From contig JASKLF010000001.1 in NCBI GenBank assembly GCA_030153785.1, positions 216,896 through 280,895 on the forward strand: a stretch of 64,000 bases of DNA, given 5' to 3'. Below the pieces are notes generated by a model that was not told the DNA's origin, ran no database searches, and worked only from the letters and a program-made list of their open reading frames with translations. Shown here piece by piece: positions 27,778 to 37,690 of this stretch. Numbering within the stretch: the first letter of the stretch is position 1; the number at the start of each line of letters is the position of its first letter. Position numbers and translations under genes: made by a program. The DNA comes from a bacterium. Lineage in GTDB: Bacteria; Synergistota; GBS-1.

Positions 27778-30113
27778 CTCTGAAGTTAGACAAGGTGTTG
27801 ATATTAGATGGAGCCATGGGAACAGAGCTTTATAAACGAGGCCTTCCTCCAACAGCTATTCCCGAAGAACTCAATCTGTCAAGCCCAGAAATAGTAAAGG
27901 AGGTTCACAGAGCCTATGTAGAATCAGGAGCCGATATAATAACTACCAACTCCTTTGGAGGAAACAGGATAAAGCTTCAAAGCAAAGGACTTGCACACAA
28001 GCTTTATGAAATAAACAGAAGAGCAGCCGAAATAGCAAAAGAAGCCTCTATGGGAAAAGCATTGGTCGCTGGTTCCTTAGGTCCCTTGGGAAGAATGTTA
28101 GAACCGCTTGGAGATCTATCTTTTGAAGAGGCCGTAAATATCTTTAAAGAACAGGGTATGGCCCTCGCCGATGGCGGAGTCGATTTCTTCCTCGTAGAGA
28201 CAGCCATAGATATCATGGAAGTAAAAGCTGCAATTATGGGGTTAAGGGAGCTTCCCGTTAAAAAACCTATAATATGTTCCTTAACCTTCACAGAAGGAAC
28301 CCTCACAGTAACTGGAACATCCCCTTCCGTGGGAGCAGTCAGCTTAAGCTCCTGGAAGGCTGACGGAATAGGAGCAAACTGTGGAACCAACCCCTTTATC
28401 TTCCCGGAAATAATAAAGGATATGGCAAGCTATACCGAAACCCCAATAATAGCTTATCCAAACGCAGGTCCTCCAGAAAAATGGGACGAAGTTCCACCTG
28501 AAAGGTTCTTAGAGCTTGCCGTAGAAATATACAAGGCAGGAGCCAACATAATAGGAGGTTGTTGTGGCACCACTCCCCATCATATAAGCCTCCTTTTAAA
28601 AGAGCTTAAAGGAAGGGAACCTGCCAAACGGTCGATTAAAAGGGGGATATTTTTCACAAGCAGGTCCAAGTTAATTACCTGCGACGGAAGCAAAACGATA
28701 GTTATAGGAGAAAGAATTAATCCATCGGGAAGAAAAATCCTTGCAAAAGAGTTAAAAGAAGGTAAGCTCGAAATCCTAAAAAGAGACGCTATAGAGCAAG
28801 AATTAGCTGGCGCCGACCTTATAGACTTAAATGTGGGCGTTCCCGAGGTCGATAGAAAATTCTTGATGAGAAAAGCAACCATAGAGTTGCTTAAAATTAT
28901 AAGCTCTCCCTTATCCTTCGATAGCGACGACCCAGAGGTTTTAGAGGCGGGCTTAAAAATATACCCTGGCAAGCCCCTCTTAAACTCCACAACCGCCAAA
29001 AAAGAAGCCCTGGAAAAGGTTCTACCCTTGGCCAAAAAATATGGAGCATCGGTAATAGGGCTAACCATAACGGAAAAGGGAATCCCCGAAACTGTAGAGG
29101 AAAGAATTAAGGCCGCTTACAAAATAATTGAATCGGCAGCTTCATATGGAATACCAAAGGAAGAAGTCATTATCGATCCTCTAACAATGCCAGCCGGAGC
29201 AAAAGACCCCATGATAACTATAGAGGCTATAAGAAAATTAAGCAAGGAAGGGATTAAAACCATCTTGGGAATATCCAATGTTTCCCACGGCTTGCCATCC
29301 CGAGAAATTTTAAACTCGGCATTCTTAGCGATGGCCATATCAGCAGGTCTATCGTTTGCCATAATTAATCCCCTAAAAAGGGAGCTTATGGAAACGCTTC
29401 TTGCTTCAGACCTTTTAGTGGGAAAAGACAAAAGAGGAGAAAGATTCATAAGCATAGTAGGACCTCAAAGAGAGGAAAAGGAGGTTAAAGCAGATAGCCT
29501 TTCTCTGAAGGAATTAATAATAAGAGGAGAAACGGAAAGAGCAGCAAAAGAAGCTGAAAATCTGATAAACTCTGGAGAGGAGCCTTTCTCGCTCATAGAG
29601 AGATATGTGATACCTGGACTCGAGGATGTGGGAGATAAATATGAGAGAAAGGTTTACTTTCTGCCCCAGCTTATAGCTTCGGCGGAAGCAGCAAGCTCGG
29701 TGTTTGAGGTAATAAAGAAATTTTCTCCCAAGAGCGAATCCAAAAAGGGCAAGATTATAATGGCCACCGTAGAGGGGGACCTTCATGACCTTGGAAAAAA
29801 GATAGTAGGACTCGTTCTTGAGAGCTTCGGATATCATATAATAGACCTTGGCAAAGATGTGCCGGCGGAAGAGGTCTTAAGGGTTTCTAAAGAAGTAAAA
29901 CCCGATGTCGTCGGGCTAAGCTGTCTTATGACAACAACCCTTGGTAACATGAAGAAGACCGTAAAGCTCCTTAAAGAAAGCTTACCAAAAGTAAAGGTTA
30001 TGGTTGGCGGTGCAGCTGTAAATGAAGAATTTGCCAAAGCTTGTGGAGCCGATGGATATGGCAAAGACCCATTCCAAGCAGTTGAGCTTGTTAGGAAGTG
30101 GGTCAAAAGATGA
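27774..30113 (+). CDS. metH: Cobalamin-dependent methionine synthase core (Hcy-binding, pterin-binding and B12-binding domains)
   Basis: LDGAMGT, GANC, GGCCGT, IGERIN and DLHDLG motifs; no C-terminal activation domain. Confidence 0.93.
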   Translation: MTLKLDKVLILDGAMGTELYKRGLPPTAIPEELNLSSPEIVKEVHRAYVESGADIITTNSFGGNRIKLQSKGLAHKLYEINRRAAEIAKEASMGKALVAGSLGPLGRMLEPLGDLSFEEAVNIFKEQGMALADGGVDFFLVETAIDIMEVKAAIMGLRELPVKKPIICSLTFTEGTLTVTGTSPSVGAVSLSSWKADGIGANCGTNPFIFPEIIKDMASYTETPIIAYPNAGPPEKWDEVPPERFLELAVEIYKAGANIIGGCCGTTPHHISLLLKELKGREPAKRSIKRGIFFTSRSKLITCDGSKTIVIGERINPSGRKILAKELKEGKLEILKRDAIEQELAGADLIDLNVGVPEVDRKFLMRKATIELLKIISSPLSFDSDDPEVLEAGLKIYPGKPLLNSTTAKKEALEKVLPLAKKYGASVIGLTITEKGIPETVEERIKAAYKIIESAASYGIPKEEVIIDPLTMPAGAKDPMITIEAIRKLSKEGIKTILGISNVSHGLPSREILNSAFLAMAISAGLSFAIINPLKRELMETLLASDLLVGKDKRGERFISIVGPQREEKEVKADSLSLKELIIRGETERAAKEAENLINSGEEPFSLIERYVIPGLEDVGDKYERKVYFLPQLIASAEAASSVFEVIKKFSPKSESKKGKIIMATVEGDLHDLGKKIVGLVLESFGYHIIDLGKDVPAEEVLRVSKEVKPDVVGLSCLMTTTLGNMKKTVKLLKESLPKVKVMVGGAAVNEEFAKACGADGYGKDPFQAVELVRKWVKR

Positions 30114-31267
30114 AAGTAGAAAGAGAGTTCACCATTTATGAAGGGACTCCCTATCATGCAGCCTTCCCCGATGTAGAGAGAGCTCCTAACGGGGATATCT
30201 TGGTGGTATTCAGATTAGGAAGCGCTCATGTATGGGGTAGAGACGGAAGGATATATCTTTCAAGAAGTAAAGACGGAGGTAATTCCTGGGAAACAAGGGA
30301 AATCATTAACTCGCCCGAAAGATTTGTTAAATATCAAGGAGAATATAGACCACTATCTGACGACAGGGATCCATCCATAAGAGCCCTTTCCAATGGAAAG
30401 ATAATTTTAAGCTGGTTCCATTGGGGAGACGGAGACAGAGACAACCCCACAAGCTCGGTCTATATATCAACAAGCGGTGACAACGGATATACCTGGGAAG
30501 AACCACAAAGGGTATTCTTCAATGCAGCTACCTCCGATAAAATCCTGGAGATGGAAGAAGGTCTTCTTTTTCTCCCCGCTTACGGAAGCTTAAAAGGAGG
30601 GTACTCCTCTGCATTTTTAATAATAAGCGAAGACTACGGAGACAGTTGGGCAGAAAGACCTATAGTCATAGTGGACGGGAATAAATATGAGATTAACTTT
30701 TATGAACCTACCATAGCCAAGGTCGATGAAAAAGAGCTAATTTCAGTTTTGCGAACCGACTTAGGACTTCTATATATCTCTCGCTCCAAAGATCAAGGAG
30801 CAACCTGGAGCGAACCGGAACCGCTTCCCCTTTACGGTCAAGCCCCATATCTCCTTATGCTAAGCAACGGTAAACTCTTGCTAAGCTTCAGAGATACGGA
30901 ACTCTATTTTAAGGAAAGATGGTTCTGGGAAAAGCTTCTTTACAACCTGGGGTTAAGGGACATAAGGCCCACATCTCCTCTTCCCAAAAGTAAAATATTG
31001 CCTGAAGCCACAGCTATCGTGGAAGCATCTCCCCCAGAATACAAATTCGAATGCGATAGAAAGAAGGTAATATATGAGCCAAAGGGGTTTATAACAGACG
31101 ATGGAGACATACTCTTTGGAGATTCAGGGTATCCATCAATGATAGAACTTGAGGAAAACAAAGTATTAACGGTTTTATACGAAGCACCCTATGGATATGG
31201 AGGAAGATATGCTCCTTGGAGCCGTATAGTAGGAGTAACGGTGAGCTTAGAGAAGGAAAAAACTTAA
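30110..31267 (+). CDS. BNR/Asp-box beta-propeller (sialidase-like glycoside hydrolase)
   Basis: Four SxDxGxxW Asp boxes; DDRDPS and DSGYPS motifs; ATGA overlap with the metH stop. Confidence 0.85.
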   Translation: MKVEREFTIYEGTPYHAAFPDVERAPNGDILVVFRLGSAHVWGRDGRIYLSRSKDGGNSWETREIINSPERFVKYQGEYRPLSDDRDPSIRALSNGKIILSWFHWGDGDRDNPTSSVYISTSGDNGYTWEEPQRVFFNAATSDKILEMEEGLLFLPAYGSLKGGYSSAFLIISEDYGDSWAERPIVIVDGNKYEINFYEPTIAKVDEKELISVLRTDLGLLYISRSKDQGATWSEPEPLPLYGQAPYLLMLSNGKLLLSFRDTELYFKERWFWEKLLYNLGLRDIRPTSPLPKSKILPEATAIVEASPPEYKFECDRKKVIYEPKGFITDDGDILFGDSGYPSMIELEENKVLTVLYEAPYGYGGRYAPWSRIVGVTVSLEKEKT

Positions 31268-31279
31268 GGGGGGGTATAG

Positions 31280-32146
31280 ATGTACAAAGGCGTGGTATTT
31301 GTCGGTGGTGGCAAAGGAGCCTTAAGCCTCCTTAAACAGTTCAGAAAGCTAAACTTAAACATATCCGGGATAATGGATGTTAGGCCAGACGCTCCAGCGA
31401 TACTGGAGGCAAAAAAATACGGGATATTCACAACCACAAAATTAGATGAGCTTCTATCCCGTCCGCACGATCTAATAATAGAAGTAACGGGGAAAGATGA
31501 AGTGGTGGCAGAGATTGAAAGGAAGAAGCCTCCTCATGCGAGTCTCATTAGGGCGAAGGATGCAAAATTCATATGGGATATAATAGAACGCGAGGAAAAT
31601 GAAAAAGCGCTTTTAATAGAGCAGATAAAGCTTTTAAGAGAAACCAAAGAAAACATAGAGAGGTCCTCCCCGATGGTCGTAAAGCTTTCAGAGACTTTAA
31701 CCGAGGGAACGGAGTTAGTCAAAGGCACTTCGGATTTTTTAGCAGAAAACATAGAAAGGCTCACTAACGAAGCTGAAAAACTTAACGATATAATCAAATC
31801 CATCCAGAAAATAGCGAAACAAACAAAGATGATTGGGCTTAACGCTTCAATCGAAGCAGCAAGAGCAGGCGAGCTTGGGAAAGGATTCGCAGTCGTCGCA
31901 GCTGAGGTAAGCAAACTCGCCGACCAAAGTTCGAGCTCCGCGGGAGAAATATCTGACACCTTGAGTCATTTGAAGGAAAGCATCTTATCTCTTAAAGGTC
32001 CTGTAGAAGATATAAAAGAGGCTATAGAACGCTGTAACGCGGAGGCCGAAGAACTTAAATCCACAGCCGACGTTTTAAAAGGGGCCATAGAAAAACTCCT
32101 CGATGTGGAAGAAAAGCTTTTGAGCTTGACCTCAGATAAAGCATAG
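31280..32146 (+). CDS. Cytoplasmic methyl-accepting chemotaxis protein with N-terminal Rossmann-like domain
   Basis: VGGGKGA...DLIIEVTG N-domain; [30 protein letters not shown] hairpin; no TM segment. Confidence 0.9.
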   Translation: MYKGVVFVGGGKGALSLLKQFRKLNLNISGIMDVRPDAPAILEAKKYGIFTTTKLDELLSRPHDLIIEVTGKDEVVAEIERKKPPHASLIRAKDAKFIWDIIEREENEKALLIEQIKLLRETKENIERSSPMVVKLSETLTEGTELVKGTSDFLAENIERLTNEAEKLNDIIKSIQKIAKQTKMIGLNASIEAARAGELGKGFAVVAAEVSKLADQSSSSAGEISDTLSHLKESILSLKGPVEDIKEAIERCNAEAEELKSTADVLKGAIEKLLDVEEKLLSLTSDKA

Positions 32147-32154
32147 TGTAAAAT
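32126..32154 (+). promoter_or_regulatory. Sigma70 promoter of tRNA-Pro
   Basis: TTGACC-N17-TAAAAT. Confidence 0.7.
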
Positions 32155-32166
32155 AATTTCTAAGGT

Positions 32167-32244
32167 CGGGGCGTAGCGCAGACTGGTTAGCGCGCCTGCT
32201 TCGGGAGCAGGAGGCCACCGGTTCGAGTCCGGTCGCCCCGACCA
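32167..32244 (+). tRNA. tRNA-Pro (anticodon CGG)
   Basis: Acceptor CGGGGCG/CGCCCCG; anticodon arm CCTGC-TTCGGGA-GCAGG; T arm ACCGG-TTCGAGT-CCGGT; encoded CCA. Confidence 0.97.
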
Positions 32245-32251
32245 TTATTTT

Positions 32252-33007
32252 TTAATAGCAATCTACATAAATAGTGCTCCCTTGAACCGAAACCACCTGA
32301 ATGGGTAAACCCGCCACTTTCAAGCTCTTAGCCACATCGTTAACGTCGCCCGAGTACAGAAACTCTATGATTGCTTGGCCCCCACCATAAGAGGTTATCT
32401 TAACATTTCGAGCACCAGGAAAACCACGAATCTTCTCATAAATACTGTTAACGAGACCATAATCGGAAACGCCCCTTAAGATGACCCGAGCCATGCCTGA
32501 AAACTCTCCAGGATGCTGAGCCCCTATTAAAAAGGAGGCGGCCTTGGAAGCTACATCCATCAAGGCTTTGCGCTGAGCCTCCTCACCAGTATAACCAACC
32601 GCCTTAGAGGAGAATGCCTGGCTTAACAGAAAGCGTGCATCTTTAGTCCTATACGCTTGAATTGAAAGGGAGGCCGTAGCCGTGTATAAGTTAAACTCGT
32701 TTAATCGGGGTTCTTCTAAACGAGTCTTCCCTCTTACGAAGTAAGCAACATTGTAAGATCTTCCCAATCTCATTATGGCCTCAGCGTTACCCTGAAGAGC
32801 TAAAATGGCTGCACGACTTTTCTTTATCTTCTCAAGCTGATTTTGCTCAACCACCTTGTAACCTGCATTTATGAGAGACTCCATTACCTTCGCTTCAGCA
32901 AAAGGATTATCGAATATTACAACGACCCTTCCATCATTAGGAAGATAGGCAAAGGCGTATGAAAGGACTGCGAAAAGCAGAACCGCAGTCATTAAAGCTC
33001 TTTTCAT
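32252..33007 (-). CDS. Exported protein, paralogous to the middle and C-terminal part of 34870-36021
   Basis: Signal peptide; shares NAGY.(I/V)V...Q and a C-terminal V..RGVS...F.G..V domain. Confidence 0.75.
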   Translation of the reverse strand: MKRALMTAVLLFAVLSYAFAYLPNDGRVVVIFDNPFAEAKVMESLINAGYKVVEQNQLEKIKKSRAAILALQGNAEAIMRLGRSYNVAYFVRGKTRLEEPRLNEFNLYTATASLSIQAYRTKDARFLLSQAFSSKAVGYTGEEAQRKALMDVASKAASFLIGAQHPGEFSGMARVILRGVSDYGLVNSIYEKIRGFPGARNVKITSYGGGQAIIEFLYSGDVNDVAKSLKVAGLPIQVVSVQGSTIYVDCY

Positions 33008-34415
33008 TGCAAGGCACCTACCTCCACAAGCTTTTTCCTTATAGGCTCGTAGTTAGGGTTGATGGCTATTCCTTTCTTCCACCATTTTATCGCTTTAGCT
33101 TTGTTGCCTATCTCGTAATATACCCTCCCTAACCAGTAACAAGCTACATAGTTACCATTATAAGCATTAAAGGCAAGTTCGTAATTCTTAATAGCAAGCG
33201 AATACCTCTTTCTAGAATAGTTATAGTACCCAGCCTTGTGTAGCCTTATTAGGTTATTCTTCAAACTCTGACTTATAGGCCAAAGCTTTATCACTTCTAT
33301 AGTTGTCCCCGTGTTAAGGATAGAGCTCTCCCCAGCTGGTGGAGGTGGAGGTGGAGGCGGAGGTGGTGGAGGTGGCGATTGGGCAGCCCCGCTCTGTGAA
33401 GGTGGCGGAGAAGAAGGCTGTATATTTCCAGATGGACTGGGAGGAGCAGTAGAAATAGCTTCACCACCAGCCAATAACCTCGGTCTTATCTTTATCTTTT
33501 CTAGGGCAGATTCATCAAAGATAGGTTCAACCTTGTCTCCCCTCATAACTCCCTTTCCCTTGATTACCCTCGCTATAGAATACTGCGGATATACCTCCTC
33601 CAATTGGAGAATCGCTATGTAATATTTTTCAACTCCCAAAATCTCCCCCTTAAGCCCATAGATAGGCTCACCCTCCACATAAACCGCATAATAGCTACCA
33701 ACCGTTGCACCCGCATTTGCCTCCCCAGCATCGATGTATACCCTGTTTCCCTCATCTTTTATTACATGGTATACCATTTTGCCTCTGCGCACCCTTATAG
33801 AGGCTATCTTCTTAACAATCTTCTCTATACACTGGCGCGTCGCTGCAGCAAGTATACCTTCCTCCTCGCTCTGGCCATATAAAACTCCTCCGAAAGCTAT
33901 TCCACCAGCACTGTGGGTAGCCTTACCCGTTTCCTTAGCAACTAAAAGTATTTCTCCGGTTTCAACGCTAACCATTCTCACATCTAAAGTAACATTAGCT
34001 TCCGCCTCACCGAGAGCTATTCCACCCAATTGAGGAATGGGAAGGACCCCGCCCTTCTTCTTTAAAGTAAATTGAGTAATGCTACCTGTGATTATAGCTT
34101 CAACGCCCAAAAGTTTACCCAACTGAGCAGCCGTAGAGGCGTCAACGAGCCCCGATTGAGCTAAGTTATGCTCCCTCGCTATGGCCTCCAATCGACTCCT
34201 CTCCACTATTGAAAACATTTGCGTTTTCCATAGCTCAGTTATAAACAGTCCGTTATCGCCCTTCTAACAGCTTCAACCTGAGAGCTTTCTGGACCCGTAA
34301 CATTATTACTAAAGTCCACAACAGCCACCCTCATTCTATCGGAAGCTCCGAAGGCAGTAGACTCTGACACTACCATGGTCAAAAGAAGAAGAATCACAAA
34401 CCAAACCCTCTTCAT
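33004..34415 (-). pseudogene. CsgG/HfaB-family exported protein with FlgT-C-like beta domain, poly-Pro linker and TPR tail; single-base frameshift (or sequencing error)
   Basis: RVAVVDFSN (upstream ORF) and IVERSRL...EHNLAQSGLVD...LGKLLGV.AIITGSIT (downstream ORF) join if one base is restored near 34248. Confidence 0.8.
33337..33375 (-). repeat. Thirteen consecutive Pro codons (CCA/CCT/CCG)
   Basis: (W)GG triplet run on the plus strand encoding P13. Confidence 0.9.
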
Positions 34416-34432
34416 ATCTCCTCTACCCCTCC

Positions 34433-34873
34433 TCACTGAATTTCCACACTATACTCTAAAAGATCCTTCAAAGGTATCCTCAACGTTATTCTATAAAACT
34501 TACCATCAAAACTTTCTTCATCAATATAGCCTCCGCCAACTACTCCCTTTATCCGAACACTTTTATATCCCTTGGGAATGGGATAATTTAGCTGATATAG
34601 AAGAAAAAGTGCATTTCTCTGTGCCGTCAAAATAGCCGCTCTTCTGGCGAGAAGTTTAGCCTGTGCTTCAGTATCATACTTTTCCGGAATCATACCTATG
34701 CCTTTTACTACTGCAACCTTTTCCTCCCAGTCTATGCTACCCCAAGGAAAGCCCTGAAGGGCAACATTATTCTCGTTAAACTTCCTCACCAGCTCAAGAT
34801 CCACATTGTAAGGAATAGCATAGACCGGAAAGGAAAACAATAACAACACCAATAAAAGGGTTAAACCCCTCAA
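34433..34873 (-). CDS. Small exported LPP20/FlgP-like protein
   Basis: Signal peptide; GSIDW...VKGIG...AQAKLLARRAAIL.AQRN. Confidence 0.7.
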   Translation of the reverse strand: MRGLTLLLVLLLFSFPVYAIPYNVDLELVRKFNENNVALQGFPWGSIDWEEKVAVVKGIGMIPEKYDTEAQAKLLARRAAILTAQRNALFLLYQLNYPIPKGYKSVRIKGVVGGGYIDEESFDGKFYRITLRIPLKDLLEYSVEIQ

Positions 34874-36021
34874 ATACCTCCTCCCCCTACTCTCGGCTTA
34901 CAAACAATTCTATTTGCAGTGAAATCCACAATATCAAGACCCAATTGCTCAAGCCTAATTGCCAAGTCCTCAGCGTTGCCTTCTATATTAACATCCATTA
35001 CCAGATTTCCGTTAGTAAAGCTCCTTTGATATACCCCTACCACCCCTTTAAATTTTTCCACTTCTTTTTTAATCCTTCGCGCTTGTGAAAAGCTCACTCC
35101 TTCCACCCTAACCTGAATCGTCCTTCCCGCAATTCCCCTACCCGTTTGACCAAGCATGGCATAGGCAACTTCGTAAACAAGCTTTCGCGCCGATTGAGAG
35201 GCTGCCTCCTTCAAGGCCTTCATCGCTGCATCATCAACGCTCAAGCCCACCTTTCTTACCGATGGAATAGCAACACCCAGAATCTTGCCCGTTTGGGTTA
35301 TTATGGCTTTAACGCTAAGCTGTGCTTGAACTCCATAAAGCCTCTGACCTGAGACAACCTGAGAAGTATAAGGAACGGCTATAGCCTTACCGGTAATAAT
35401 TACATCGGCATCGTGTCTTCTCGCAAGCTCTATTAACTTGGAGGTATCTCCTGTAATAGCGGCTTCAAGGGCTTCCCTTTTCCTATTGGCATCTATCTGA
35501 CCTGGATCAACTATATGGTACCCCGCATTCTGGAAAACGCTTAATATGGTAGATTCACTAACAGCAAGAAAGGGAGTTTTACCATCTATATCCTCGTATA
35601 TGCAAACCATTAAAACCGGATTACCCAACGTATCTATAACTACAGGTCCTAAAACATCATTTAGCTTCGTTAAGGCAACGGTTGCCTTCATTTTAATCTT
35701 TATCATTCCGTCTTCTTCCCGCTTACTCAATATCTTGTAATCCGTAATTAAGCCTTTCGATTGAGCCATAACCCTATCTCTTATAACCTGAAAATTTTCC
35801 ATCTCCGTTATGCCTTGAATCAGCACGCCTAACCCTTTCTCTATCGCATTCCTAAAGGCATCTCTTTTAGCCTCTTCAAGAGCCCTTGCCTTATCTCCCC
35901 CTATAATTGCACCATAACCTTCTACCTCAACAGTTACAGGTCCCTTACTTTGTCCCCATACAGGAGAAATGGTAACCATTAAAGTTAATGTAACTATTAG
36001 GAAAGCAAATGTTCTTCTCAT
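34870..36021 (-). CDS. Exported protein with FlgT N-terminal-like domain
   Basis: Signal peptide; VEVEGYGAI..GD...A.EEA..DAFRNAIEK..GV.I. Confidence 0.75.
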   Translation of the reverse strand: MRRTFAFLIVTLTLMVTISPVWGQSKGPVTVEVEGYGAIIGGDKARALEEAKRDAFRNAIEKGLGVLIQGITEMENFQVIRDRVMAQSKGLITDYKILSKREEDGMIKIKMKATVALTKLNDVLGPVVIDTLGNPVLMVCIYEDIDGKTPFLAVSESTILSVFQNAGYHIVDPGQIDANRKREALEAAITGDTSKLIELARRHDADVIITGKAIAVPYTSQVVSGQRLYGVQAQLSVKAIITQTGKILGVAIPSVRKVGLSVDDAAMKALKEAASQSARKLVYEVAYAMLGQTGRGIAGRTIQVRVEGVSFSQARRIKKEVEKFKGVVGVYQRSFTNGNLVMDVNIEGNAEDLAIRLEQLGLDIVDFTANRIVCKPRVGGGGI

Positions 36022-36026
36022 TTACC

Positions 36027-36869
36027 TCACCTTTTAACCACTATAACCCTACATGCAGATCTAAAATCGTAATTATTATTCCTTATAGCATCAGCATCTC
36101 TTTTAGATATAACTACGTCAACATTATTTGGAGAAACCGTCTTTACCGCCTTAGCCACAAGAGGTTTAGGACCTACCCTTGGATCGCCCTTTGCCCATTC
36201 TATGTTTGTCTGATACGCAGCCATACCGCTTGACATAAATCTCTCCCTGTCCACATGTTTGATGGAGTAAACTTCCCTTCCGTTAGGATCTAAAATTCTG
36301 AATGTAGTTGCAGGAATTAAAGGAACGTTTCTCGCATCAAGAATAAGGCCTGTGTAATTCGCCTTCGGTGGGGGTGGAGAAACCTTCTTGGGCTTAATTC
36401 CCATAGTGTCAGCCACAAGCTTTCTCACCTTCTTAAGGTATATTCTTCCCCAAACGGTGTAAATTTCTCCATCCCACTTTTCTCTGACAATTTCGACGCC
36501 CTTAACCCAACCTTCTACCTCACTCCTCACCACATCGCTTTGGACCATAAAGTTCTCCATCAACGTTTGGCTATCTATTCTCACTCCCTTTATAGTTTCA
36601 AGCAAGTTTCTTTGAAGGTCTAAAATAGCGCCTCTTCTAGCGAGAAGCTTTCCCTGAGCCTTGTTAACTGCCGTAGTAGGAGGAACAGCAGAACCTGAAG
36701 CCTCAACGTAATCTTCAGTCCAATTTATCGTTCCATGGGCAGTTTCTTCCACAACAGCCCCAATCTGAGCTCCTACCTGAACCTGCGTTCCAGAAGATTG
36801 AGCAAAAACCCCAAAGGCAATAAGCCCAATACTTAAGACAACCAATAACCACCCCACGAAACCCCTCAT
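36027..36869 (-). CDS. Exported LPP20-family protein
   Basis: Signal peptide; GTINW...A.G...ARRGAILD.QRNLLE.IKGVRIDS; C-terminal YTGLILDAR domain. Confidence 0.8.
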   Translation of the reverse strand: MRGFVGWLLVVLSIGLIAFGVFAQSSGTQVQVGAQIGAVVEETAHGTINWTEDYVEASGSAVPPTTAVNKAQGKLLARRGAILDLQRNLLETIKGVRIDSQTLMENFMVQSDVVRSEVEGWVKGVEIVREKWDGEIYTVWGRIYLKKVRKLVADTMGIKPKKVSPPPPKANYTGLILDARNVPLIPATTFRILDPNGREVYSIKHVDRERFMSSGMAAYQTNIEWAKGDPRVGPKPLVAKAVKTVSPNNVDVVISKRDADAIRNNNYDFRSACRVIVVKR

Positions 36870-36901
36870 CTGGATCTCCTCCCCTCAAAATTATTAAGTA
36901 T

Positions 36902-36910
36902 ATTTTATCA
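36902..36910 (-). promoter_or_regulatory. Extended -10 promoter element for the five-gene envelope operon
   Basis: TGATAAAAT on the minus strand between tatD and 36869. Confidence 0.55.
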
Positions 36911-36913
36911 CAT

Positions 36914-37684
36914 TCACTCTAATCCGAAAAACCTATTTGCATTCTCATAAGTCAAAATAGCTACTTCTTCCCTGTCTTGCCCTTTTAGTTTAGCTATCTC
37001 GTCCAGCACATACGGAAGATAAGAAGGCTCGTTCCTTTTACCTCTATAGGGTTTAGGAGTCAGATATGGGGAATCCGTTTCTATCAGCAGTCTTTCAGGT
37101 GGAGTTAGATAGACAGCCTCCCTTAAATCGTCAGCGTTAGGAAACGTCACTATCCCGGAGAAAGATATGTAAAGGCCAAGCGATAATCCCTCATCAAGGT
37201 GTTTCGTCCCTCCCGTATAGCAGTGTAAAACTCCACCTTTTTGAGGCAAACCCACCTCCTTAATTATCCAAAAGGCTTCCTCGTAAGCATCTCTCACATG
37301 AATGACCACCGGTTTATCGATTTCCTTCGCTAACCTAAGCTGTTTTTCAAAAACCTCTCTTTGTATATCTCGAGGAGAATTATCGTAATAGTAGTCAAGA
37401 CCAATTTCCCCCAGAGCAACCACTTTGGGATGGGAAAGAAGTTTTCTAAGTTTCTCTATATCCTCTTTTTGAAAAAGCTTAGAATCATGAGGATGAAAAC
37501 CACAGGCCGCATAAACACCCTCTAAGCTTTCAGCCATCTTTATAGCCCTCTCGCTTGAAGATATATCCCAGCCTGAAACTACCATTCTATAAACCCCTAC
37601 TTTTCGAGCCCTCTCGTAAGCCTCCCTCCAATCCTCCTTAAAATGTTTCATGTTGAGATGACAATGACTATCAAAAAGTTTCAT
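36914..37684 (-). CDS. tatD: TatD family hydrolase
   Basis: DSHCHL, G.HPH, GEIGLDY, H.RDA, HC and ETDSPYL motifs. Confidence 0.96.
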   Translation of the reverse strand: MKLFDSHCHLNMKHFKEDWREAYERARKVGVYRMVVSGWDISSSERAIKMAESLEGVYAACGFHPHDSKLFQKEDIEKLRKLLSHPKVVALGEIGLDYYYDNSPRDIQREVFEKQLRLAKEIDKPVVIHVRDAYEEAFWIIKEVGLPQKGGVLHCYTGGTKHLDEGLSLGLYISFSGIVTFPNADDLREAVYLTPPERLLIETDSPYLTPKPYRGKRNEPSYLPYVLDEIAKLKGQDREEVAILTYENANRFFGLE

Positions 37685-37690
37685 TCCCCT

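Noticed and set aside
32167-33375. Functional link between tRNA-Pro(CGG) and the neighbouring poly-Pro tract
   Set aside because: Only 1 of the 13 codons is CCG; the rest are CCA/CCT
33311-33622. Poly-Gly ORF on the plus strand
   Set aside because: It is the antisense shadow of the poly-Pro linker
32167-36869. Envelope operon as an island integrated at tRNA-Pro
   Set aside because: No integrase, no duplicated tRNA 3' end and no obvious compositional shift
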